From the human T2T-CHM13v2.0 reference genome, Homo sapiens, in the NCBI RefSeq assembly GCF_009914755.1, contig NC_060946.1: DNA of 64,000 nt. One strand, 5' to 3'. Both the position numbers and the translations under genes were made by a program. Shown in pieces: positions 53,561-64,000 of the stretch; the first letter of the stretch is position 1; every line of letters begins with the position of its first letter. Below the pieces are notes generated by a model. That model made no database searches, was not told the origin of the DNA, and was given only the letters and a program-made list of their open reading frames with translations.

Positions 53561-56500
53561 AGAGAAAGAGTGTTTCAAAACTGCTGTACGAAAGGGAATG
53601 TTCAACTCTTTGACTTGAATGCACACATCACAAAGAAGATTCTGAGGATGCTGCTGTCTACTTTTTATACGTAATCCCGTTTCCAACGAAATCCTCCAAG
53701 CTATCCAAATATCCACTTGCAGATTCCACAGAAAGACTGTTTCAAAACTGCTCTGTCAATAGAAAGGTTCAACTCTGTTAGCTGCGTGCATATATCCCAA
53801 AGATGATTCTGAGATTTCTTCTGTCTAGTTTTTATGGGAAGATATTTCCCTTTTCACCGTAGGCGTCAAGGCGCTCCAAATGTCCACTTCCAGATACTAC
53901 AAAGAGTGTTTCAAACCTACTCTGTGAAAGGGAATATTCAACTCTGTGACTTGAATGCAGATATCACAAAGAAGTTTCTGAGAATGCTTCTGTCGAGATT
54001 TTATATGAAGATATTCCCGTTTCCAACGAAATCCTGAAATCTATCCAAATATCCCCTCGCAGATTCTACAAAAAGAGTGTCTCAAAACTGCTCTGTAAAA
54101 AGAAAGGTTCAACTCTGTTAGTTGAGTACACACATCACAAACAAGTTTCACAGAATGCTTCTTTCTAGCTTGTAGGGGAAGATATTCCCTTTATCACCAT
54201 GGGCCTCAAACCGTCCGAAAAGTCCACTTCCATATACTACAAAAAGAGCGTTTCAAACCTGCTCTAGGAAAGGCAATGTTCAACTCTGTGACTTGAATGC
54301 AGACATCACAGAGCAGTTTCTGAGAATGCTTCTGTCTAGATTTTATAGGAAGATATTCCCGTTTGCAACGAAATCTTCACAGCTATCCAACTATCCACTT
54401 GCAGATTCTACAAAAAGAGTGTATCAAAACTGCTCTGTCAAAAGGAAGGTTCTTCTCTGTTAGGTGAGTGCATACATCATAAAGGAGTTTCTGAGAATGT
54501 TTCTGTCTAGTGGTTATGGGAAGATATTTGCTTTTTCACTGTAGGCCTCACAGCGCTCCAAATATCCACTTGCACATACTACAAAAAGAGTGCTTCAAAG
54601 CTGCTCTCTGAAATGGAATGTTCAACTCTATGAGTTGAATGCAAACATCACAAAGACGTTTCTGAGAATGCTTCTGTCTAGATTTGATATGAAGATATTC
54701 CCGTTTCCAACGAAATCTTCAAATCTATCCAAATGTCCACTTGCAGATTCAACAAAAAGTGTTTTTCAGAACTGCTCTATCAAAAGAAAGATCCACCTCT
54801 GTTAGCTGAGTTCACACATCACAAACAAGTTTATGAGAATGCTTCTGTCTAGTTTTTATTTGAAGATATTGCCTTTCTCACCATAGACCTGAAAGCTGTC
54901 CTAATGTTCACTTCCAGATACTACAGAAAGAGTGTTTCAAAACTGCTGTACGAAAGGGAATGTTCAACTCTGTGACTTGAATGCACACATCACAAAGAAG
55001 TTTCTGAGGATGCTGCTGTCTACTTTTTATACCTAATCCCGTTTCCAACGAAATCCTCCAAGCTATCCAAATATCCACTTGCAGATTCCACAGAAAGACT
55101 GTTTCAAAACTGCTCTGTCAATAGAAAGGTTCAACTCTGTTAGTTGCGTGCATATATCCCAAAGAAGATTCTGAGATTCCTTCTGTCTAGTTTTTATGGG
55201 AAGATATTTCCCTTTTCACCATAGGTGTCAAGGCGCTCCAAATGTCCACTTCCAGATACTACAAAAAGAGTGTTTCAAACCTACTCTGTGAAAGGGAATA
55301 TTCAACTCTGTGACTTGAATGCAGATATCACAAAGAAGTTTCTGAGAATGCTTCTGTCGAGATTTTATATGAAGATATTCCCGTTTCCAACGAAATCCTG
55401 AAATCTATCCAAATATCCCCTCGCAGATTCTACAAAAAGAGTGTTTCAAAACTGCTCTGTAAAAAGAAAGGTTCAACTCTGTTAGTTGAGTACACACATC
55501 ACAAACAAGTTTCACAGAATGCTTCTTTCTAGCTTGTAGGGGAAGATATTCCCTTTATCACCATGGGCCTCAAACCGTCCGAAACGTCCACTTCCATATA
55601 CTACAAAAAGAGCGTTTCAAACCTGCTCTATGAAAGGCAATGTTCAACTCTGTGACTTGAATGCAGACATCACAGAGCAGTTTCTGAGAATGCTTCTGTC
55701 TAGATTTTATAGGAAGATATTCCCGTTTCCAACGAAATCTTCACAGCTATCCAAATATCCACTTGCAGATTCTACAAAAAGAGTGTATCAAAACTGCTCT
55801 GTCAAAAGGAAGGTTCTTCTCTGTTAGGTGAGTGCATACGTCATAAAGGAGTTTCTGAGAATGTTTCTGTCTAGTGGTTATGGGAAGATATTTGCTTTTT
55901 CACCGTAGGCCTCAGAGCGCTCCAAATATCCACTTGCACAGACTACAAAAAGAGTGCTTCAAAGCTGCTCTCTGAAAGGGAATGTTCAACTCTATGAGTT
56001 GAATGCAAACATCACAAAGACGTTTCTGAGAATGCTTCTGTCTAGATTTGATATGAAGATATTCCCGTTTCCAACGAAATCTTCAAATCTATCCAAATGT
56101 CCACTAGCAGATTCAACAAAAAGTGTTTTTCAGAACTGCTCTATCAAAAGAAAGATCCACCTCTGTTAGCTGAGTTCACACATCACAAACAAGTTTATGA
56201 GAATGCTTCTGTCTAGTTTTTATTTGAAGATATTGCCTTTCTCACCATAGACCTGAAAGCTGTCCTAATGTTCACTTCCAGATACTACAGAAAGAGTGTT
56301 TCAAAACTGCTGTACGAAAGGGAATGTTCAACTCTGTGACTTGAATGCACACATCACAAAGAAGTTTCTGAGGATGCTGCTGTCTACTTTTTATACGTAA
56401 TCCCGTTTCCAACGAAATCCTCCAAGCTATCCAAATATCCACTTGCAGATTCCACAGAAAGACTGTTTCAAAACTGCTCTGTCAATAGAAAGGTTCAACT

Positions 56501-59500
56501 CTGTTAGCTGCGTGCATATATCCCAAAGAAGATTCTGAGATTGCTTCTGTCTAGTTTTTATCGGAAGATATTTCCCTTTTCACCATAGGTGTCAAGGGGC
56601 TCCAAATGTCCACTTCCAGATACTACAAAAAGAGTGTTTCAAACCTACTCTGTGAAAGGGAATATTCAACTCTGTGACTTGAATGCAGATATCACAAAGA
56701 AGTTTCTGAGAATGCTTCTGTCGAGATTTTATATGAAGATATTCCCGTTTCCAACGAAATCCTGAAATCTATCCAAATATCCCCTCGCAGATTCTACAAA
56801 AAGAGTGTTTCAAAACTGCTCTGTAAAAAGAAAGGTTCAACTCTGTTAGTTGAGTACACACATCACAAACAAGTTTCACAGAATGCTTCTTTCTAGCTTG
56901 TAGGGGAAGATATTCCCTTTATCACCATGGGCCTCAAACCGTCCGAAACGTCCACTTCCATATACTACAAAAAGAGCGTTTCAAACCTGCTCTATGAAAG
57001 GCAATGTTGAACTCTGTGACTTGAATGCAGACATCACAGAGCAGTTTCTGAGAATGCTTCTGTCTAGATTTTATAGGAAGATATTCCCGTTTCCAACGAA
57101 ATCTTCACAGCTATCCAAATATCCACTTGCAGATTCTACAAAAAGAGTGTATCAAAACTGCTCTGTCAAAAGGAAGGTTCTTCTCTGTTAGTTGAGTACA
57201 TACGTCATAAAGGAGTTTCTGAGAATGTTTGTGTCTAGTGGTTATGGGAAGATACTTGCTTTTTCACCGTAGGCCTCAGAGCGCTCCAAATATCCCCTTG
57301 CACATACTACAAAAAGAGTGCTTCAAAGCTGCTCTCTGAAACGGAATGTTCAACTCTATGAGTTGAATGCAAACATCACAAAGACGTTTCTGGGAATGCT
57401 TCTGTCTAGATTTGATATGAAGATATTCCCGTTTCCAACGAAATCTTCAAATCTATCCAAATGTCCACTTGCAGATTCAACAAAAAGTGTTTTTCAGAAC
57501 TGCTCTATCAAAAGAAAGATCCACCTCTGTTAGCTGAGTTCACACATCACAAACAAGTTTATGAGAATGCTTCTGTCTAGTTTTTATTTGAAGATATTTC
57601 CTTTCTCACCATAGACCTGAAAGCTGTCTTAATGTTCACTTCCAGATACTACAGAAAGAGTGTTTGAAAACTGCTGTACGAAAGGGAATGTTCAACACTG
57701 TGACTTGAATGCACACATCACAAAGAAGTTTCTGAGGATGCTGCTGTCTACTTTTGATACGTAATCCCGTTTCCAACGAAATCCTCCAAGCTATCCAAAT
57801 ATCCACTTGCAGATTCCACAGAAAGACTGTTTCAAAACTGCTCTGTCAATAGAAAGGTTCAACTCTGTTAGCTGCGTGCATATATCCCAAAGAAGATTCT
57901 GAGATTGCTTCTGTCTAGTTTTTATGGGAAGATATTTCCCTTTTCACCGTAGGCGTCAAGGCGCTCCAAATGTCCACTTACAGATACTACAAAAAGAGTG
58001 TTTCAAACCTACTCTGTGAAAGGGAGTATTCAACTCTGTGACTTGAACATACATATCACAAAGAAGTTTCTGAGAATGCTTCTGTCGAGATTTTATATGA
58101 AGATATTCCCGTTTCCAATGAAATCCTGAAATCTATCCAATTATCCCCTCGCAGATTCTACAAAAAGAGTGTTTCAAAACTGCTCTGTAAAAAGAAAGGT
58201 TCAACTCTGTTAGTTGAGTACACACATCACAAACAAGTTTCACAGAATGCTTCTTTCTAGCTTGTAGGGGAAGATATTCCCTTTATCACCATGGGCCTCA
58301 AACCGTCCGAAACGTCCACTTCCATATACTACAAAAAGAGCGTTTCAAACCTGCTCTATGAAAGGCAATGTTCAACTCTGTGACTTGAATGCAGACATCA
58401 CAGAGCAGTTTCTGAGAATGCTTCTGTCTAGATTTTATAGGAAGATATTCCCGTTTCCAACGAAATCTTCACAGCTATCCAAATATCCACTTGCAGATTC
58501 TACAAAAAGAGTGTATCAAAACTGCTCTGTCAAAAGGAAGGTTCTTCTCTGTTAGGTGAGTGCATACGTCATAAAGGAGTTTCTGAGAATGTTTCTGTCT
58601 AGTGGTTATGGGAAGATATTTGCTTTTTCACCGTAGGCCTCAGAGCGCTCCAAATATCCCCTTGCACATACTACAAAAAGAGTGCTTCACAGCTGCTCTC
58701 TGAAACGGAATGTTCAAATCTATGAGTTGAATGCAAACATCACAAAGACGTTTCTGAGAATGCTTCTGTCTAGATTTGATATGAAGATATTCCCGTTTCC
58801 AACGAAATCTTCAAATCTATCCAAATCTCCACTTGCAGATTCAACAAAAAGTGTTTTTCAGAACTGCTCTATCAAAAGAAAGATCCACCTCTGTTAGCTG
58901 AGTTCACACATCACAAACAAGTTTATGAGAATGCTTTTGTCTAGTTTTTATTTGAAGATATTGCCTTTCTCACCATAGACCTGAAAGCTGTACTAATGTT
59001 CACTTCCAGATACTACAGAAAGAGTGTTTCAAAACTGCTGTACGAAAGGGAATGTTCAACTCTGTGACTTGAATGCACACATCACAAAGAAGTTTCTGAG
59101 GAGGCTGCTGTCTACTTTTTATACGTAATCCCGTTTCCAACGAAATCCTCCAAGCTATCCAAATATCCACTTGCAGATTCCACAGAAAGACTGTTTCTAA
59201 ACTGCTCTGTCAATAGAAAGGTTCAACTCTGTTAGCTGCGTGCATATATCCCAAAGAAGATTCTGAGATTCCTTCTGTCTAGTTTTTATGGGAAGATATT
59301 TCCCTTTTCACCGTAGGGGTCAAGGCGCTCCAAATGTCCACTTCCAGATACTACAAAAAGAGTGTTTCAAACCTACTCTGTGAAAGGGAATATTCAACTC
59401 TGTGACTTGAATGCAGATATCATAAAGAAGTTTCTGAGAATGCTTCTGTCGAGATTTTATATGAAGATATTCCCGTTTCCAACGAAATCCTGAAATCTAT

Positions 59501-60045
59501 CCAAATATCCCCTCGCAGATTCTACAAAAAGAGTGTTTCAAAACTGCTCTGTAAAAAGAAAGGTTCAACTCTGTTAGTTGAGTACACACATCACAAACAA
59601 GTTTCACAGAATGCTTCTTTCTAGCTTGTAGGGGAAGATATTCCCTTTATCACCATGGGCCTCAAACCGTCCGAAACGTCCACTTCCATATACTACAAAA
59701 AGAGCGTTTCAAACCTGCTCTATGAAAGGCAATGTTCAACTCTGTGACTTGAATGCAGACATCACAGAGCAGTTTCTGAGAATGCTTCTGTCTAGATTTT
59801 ATAGGAAGATATTCCCGTTTCCAACGAAATCTTCACAGCTATCCAAATATCCACTTGCAGATTCTACAAAAAGAGTGTATCAAAACTGCTCTGTCAAAAG
59901 GAAGGTTCTTCTCTGTTAGGTGAGTGCATACGTCAGAAAGGAGTTTCTGAGAATGTTTCTGTCTAGTGGTTATGGGAAGATATTTGCTTTTTCACCGTAG
60001 GCCTCAGAGCGCTCCAAATATCCCCTTGCACATACTACAAAAAGA

Positions 60046-61067
60046 GTGCTTCAAAGCTGCTCTCTGAAACGGAATGTTCAAATCTATGAGTTGAATGCAA
60101 ACATCACAAAGACGTTTCTGAGAATGCTTCTGTCTAGATTTGATATGAAGATATTCCCGTTTCCAACGAAATCTTCAAATCTATCCAAATCTCCACTTGC
60201 AGATTCAACAAAAAGTGTTTTTCAGAACTGCTCTATCAAAAGAAAGATCCACCTCTGTTAGCTGAGTTCACACATCACAAACAAGTTTATGAGAATGCTT
60301 CTGTCTAGTTTTTATTTGAAGATATTGCCTTTCTCACCATAGACCTGAAAGCTGTCCTAATGTTCACTTCCAGATACTACAGAAAGAGTGTTTCAAAACT
60401 GCTGTACGAAAGGGAATGTTCAACTGTGTGACTTGAATGCACACATCACAAAGAAGTTTCTGAGGAGGCTGCTGTCTACTTTTTATACCTAATCCCGTTT
60501 CCAACGAAATCCTCCAAGCTATCCAAATATCCACTTGCAGATTCCACAGAAAGACTGTTTCAAAACTGCTCTGTCAATAGAAAGGTTCAACTCTGTTAGC
60601 TGCGTGCATATATCCCAAAGAAGATTCTGAGATTGTTTCTGTCTAGTTTTTATGGGAAGATATTTCCCTTTTCACCATAGGTGTCAAGGCGCTCCAAATG
60701 TCCACTTCCAGATACTACAAAAAGAGTGTTTCAAACCTACTCTGTGAAAGGGAATATTCAACTCTGTGACTTGAATGCAGACATCACAGAGCAGTTTCTG
60801 AGAATGCTTCTGTCTAGATTTTATAGGAAGATATTCCCGTTTCCAACGAAATCTTCACAGATATCCAAATATCCACTTGCAGATGCTACAAAAAGAGTGT
60901 ATCAAAAATGCTCTGTCAAAAGGAAGGTTCTTCTCTGTTAGGTGAGTGCATACGTCATAAAGGAGTTTCTGAGAATGTTTCTGTCTAGTGGTTATGGGAA
61001 GATATTTGCTTTTTCACCGTAGGCCTCAGAGCGCTCAAAATATCCACTTGCACATACTACAAAAAGA
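60046..61067 (-). repeat. 6-mer HOR structural variant (1,022 bp; 342-bp dimer deleted), junction 60757-60781
   Basis: Landmark spacing 60046 to 61068 is 1,022. The sequence runs gggaatattcaactctgtgacttgaatgcaga directly into catcacagagcag. Confidence 0.95.
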
Positions 61068-64000
61068 GTGCTTCAAAGCTGCTCTCTGAAAGGGAATGTT
61101 CAACTCTATGAGTTGAATGCAAACATCACAAAGACGTTTCTGAGAATGCTTCTGTCTAGATTTGATATGAAGATATTCCCGTTTCCAACGAAATCTTGAA
61201 ATCTATCCAAATGTCCACTTGCAGATTCAACAAAAAGTGTTTTTCAGAACTGCTCTATCAAAAGAAAGATCCACCTCTGTTAGCTGAGTTCACACATCAC
61301 AAACAAGTTTATGAGAATGCTTCTGTCTAGTTTTTATTTGAAGATATTTCCTTTCTCACCATAGACCTGAAAGCTGTCCTAATGTTCACTTCCAGATACT
61401 ACAGAAAGAGTGTTTCAAAACTGCTGTACGAAAGGGAATGTTCAACTCTGTGACTTGAATGCACACATCACAAAGAAGTTTCTGAGGATGCTGCTGTCTA
61501 CTTTTTATACGTAATCCCGTTTCCAACGAAATCCTCCAAGCTATCCAAATATCCACTTGCAGATTCCACAGAAAGACTGTTTCAAAACTGCTCTGTCAAT
61601 AGAAAGGTTCAACTATGTTAGCTGCGTGCATATATCCCAAAGAAGATTCTGAGATTGCTTCTGTCTACTTTTTATGAGAAGATATTTCCCTTTTCACCGT
61701 AGGCATCAAGGCGCTCCAAATGTCCACTTCCAGATACTACAAAAAGTGTGTTTCAAACCTACTCTGTGAAAGGGAATATTCAACTCTGTGACTTGAATGC
61801 ACATATCACAACGAAGCTTCTGAGAATGCTTCTGTCGAGATTTTAAATGAAGATATTCCCGTTTCCAACGAAATCCTGAAATCTATCCAAATATCCCCTC
61901 GCAGATTCTACAAAAAGAGTGTTTCTAAACTGCTCTGTAAAATGAAAGGTTCAACTCTGTTAGTTGAGTACACACATCACAAACAAGTTTCACAGAATGC
62001 TTCTTTCTAGCTTGTAGGGGAAGATATTCCCTTTATCACCATGGGCCTCAAACCGTCCGAAACGTCCACTTCCATATACTACAAAAAGAGCGTTTCAAAC
62101 CTGCTCTAGGAAAGGCAATGTTCAACTCTGTGACTTGAATGCAGACATCACAGAGCAGTTTCTGAGAATGCTTCTGTCTAGATTTTATAGGAAGATATTC
62201 CCGTTTCCAACGAAATCTTCACAGCTATCCAAATATCCACTTGCAGATTCTACAAAAAGAGTGTATCAAAACTGCTCTGTCAAAAGGAAGGTTCTTCTCT
62301 GTTAGGTGAGTGCATACGTCATAAAGCAGTTTCTGAGAATGTTTCTGTCTAGTGGTTATGGGAAGATATTTGCTTTTTCACCGTAGGCCTCAGAGCGCTC
62401 CAAATATCCACTTGCAGATACTACAAAAAGAGTGCTTCAAAGCTGCTCTCTGAAACGGAATGTTCAACTCTATGAGTTGAATGCAAACATCACAAAGACG
62501 TTTCTGAGAATGCTTCTGTCTAGATTTGATATGAAGATATTCCCGTTTCCAACGAAATCTTCAAAACTATCCAAATGTCCACTTGCAGATTCAACAAAAA
62601 GTGTTTTTCAGAACTGCTCTATCAAAAGATAGATCCACCTCTGTTAGCTGAGTTCACACATCACAAACAAGTTTATGAGAATGCTTCTGTCTAATTTTTA
62701 TTTGAAGATATTTCCTTTCTCACCATAGACCTGAAAGCTGTCCTAATGTTCACTTCCAGATACTATAGAAAGAGTGTTTCAAAACTGCTGTACGAAAGGG
62801 AATGTTCAACTCTGTGACTTGAATGCACACATCACAAAGAAGTTTCTGAGGATGCTGCTGTCTACTTTTTATACGTAAACCCGTTTCCAACGAAATCCTC
62901 CAAGCTATCCAAATATCCACTTGCAGATTCCACAGAAAGACTGTTACAAAACTGCTCTGTCAATAGAAAGGTTCAACTCTGTTAGCTGCGTGCATATATC
63001 CCAAAGAAGATTCTGAGATTGCTTCTGTCTAGTTTTTATGGGAAGATATTTCTCTTTTCACCGTAGGTGTTAAGGCGCTCCAAATGTCCACTTCCAGATA
63101 CTACAAAAAGAGTGTTTCAAACCTACTCTGTGAAAGGGAATATTCAACTCTGTGACTTGAATGCAGATATCACAAAGAAGTTTCTGAGAATGCTTCTGTC
63201 GAGATTTTATATGAAGATATTCCCGTTTCCAACGAAATCCTGAAATCTATCCAAATATCCCCTCGCAGATTCTACAAAAAGAGTGTTTCAAAACTGCTCT
63301 GTAAAAAGAAAGGTTCAACTCTGTTAGTTGAGTACACACATCACAAACAAGTTTCACAGAATGCTTCTTTCTAGCTTGTAGGGGAAGATATTCCCTTTAT
63401 CACCATGGGCCTCAAACCGTCCGATACGTCCACTTCCATATACTACAAAAAGAGCGTTTCAAACCTGCTCTATGAAAGGCAATGTTCAACTCTGTGACTT
63501 GAATGTAGACATCACAGAGCAGTTTCTGAGAATGCTTCTGTCTAGATTTTATAGGAAGATATTCCCGTTTCCAACGAAATCTTCACAGCTATCCAAATAT
63601 CCACTTTCAGATTCTACAAAAAGAGTGTATCAAAAATGCTCTGTCAAAAGGAAGGTTCTTCTCTGTTAGGTGAGTGCATACGTCATAAAGGAGTTTCTCA
63701 GAATGTTTCTGTCTAGTGGTTATGGGAAGATATTTGCTTTTTCCCCGTAGGCCTCAGAGCGCTCCAAATATCCACTTGCACATACTACAAAAAGAGTGCT
63801 TCAAAGCTGCTCTCTGAAACGGAATGTTCAACTCTATGAGTTGAATGCAAACATCACAAAGACGTTTCTGAGAATGCTTCTGTCTAGATTTGATATGAAG
63901 ATATTCCCGTTTCCAACGAAATCTTCAAATCTATCCAAATGTCCACTTGCAGATTCAACAAAAAGTGTTTTTCAGAACTGCTCTATCAAAAGAAAGATCC

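Larger units (their letters stand above)
1..64000 (-). repeat. Alpha-satellite HOR array, 8-mer (1,364 bp), dimeric A/B organisation
   Basis: The same landmark (gtgcttcaaagctgc) recurs at 716, 2080, 3444, 4808, 6172 ... 62432, 63796, 46 times, mostly 1,364 bp apart. There is a ~171-bp sub-period with alphoid motifs (tttctgagaatgcttctgtctag, ttcaactctgtgacttgaatgca). The CENP-B box appears as its reverse complement on the + strand throughout. Confidence 0.99.
1..64000 (-). repeat. Probable SF2 chr14/chr22 live centromeric array (D14Z9/D22Z1, alphaXT-type)
   Basis: The 8-mer is 1,364 bp with a CENP-B box in every second monomer. Each HOR typically has one TaqI site (gtcgag, e.g. 118-123) and two XbaI sites (tctaga), and I noticed no regular EcoRI site. 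The assignment rests on recalled HOR sizes and monomer sequences, not an alignment. chr14 versus chr22 cannot be resolved by eye. Confidence 0.75.

Noticed and set aside
60681-60941. Longer 86-aa 'fusion' ORF
   Set aside because: It is a by-product of the in-frame 342-bp deletion forming the 6-mer variant.
716-63669. Recurrent 60-86 aa ORFs (MLQSCSLK..., MKGNVQLC..., MESASGY...)
   Set aside because: They are translations of alphoid monomers that recur with the HOR period. They appear or vanish through single SNVs or indels, many start at GTG, and none resembles a protein family I recognise.
141-63921. CRISPR-like regularly spaced 17-bp motif
   Set aside because: The motif is the CENP-B box. 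The intervening ~325 bp are themselves homologous repeats rather than unique spacers, and there are no cas genes.
1-64000. Transposon insertion, inversion or non-alphoid island
   Set aside because: Landmark spacing is fully accounted for by 1,364 (within a few bp), 2,048 and 1,022 bp steps, box orientation never flips, and I saw no poly-A tail or Alu/L1 sequence.
1-64000. Claim that this window is the kinetochore-forming (CENP-A/CDR) site
   Set aside because: The sequence is compatible with a live array, but kinetochore position is epigenetic and cannot be read from sequence alone.

Overview
The whole 64 kb is one uninterrupted, single-orientation primate (most likely human) centromeric alpha-satellite higher-order-repeat (HOR) array of about 375 monomers of ~171 bp, lying in reverse orientation to the usual consensus. 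Monomers alternate between a CENP-B-box type and a pJalpha/A-box type. They are grouped into a 1,364-bp 8-mer HOR with four CENP-B boxes spaced 342/342/338/342 bp. This fits the SF2 live array shared by chr14 and chr22 (D14Z9/D22Z1), an assignment from recall that needs alignment to confirm. I saw no genes, transposon insertions or inversions, and all listed ORFs are by-products of the repeat. I found no previously undescribed biological system. The informative content is array evolution: three copies of a 4-mer structural variant with a dead CENP-B box, one 6-mer deletion, and a three-copy ~7.5/6.1/7.5-kb super-repeat (27-48 kb) with a diverged partial sibling at 57-61 kb. There is also a 2,727-bp two-HOR duplication, older duplications in the first 13 kb, and a dense mutation cluster at ~22.47 kb. 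All comparisons were made by eye, so variant lists may be incomplete.
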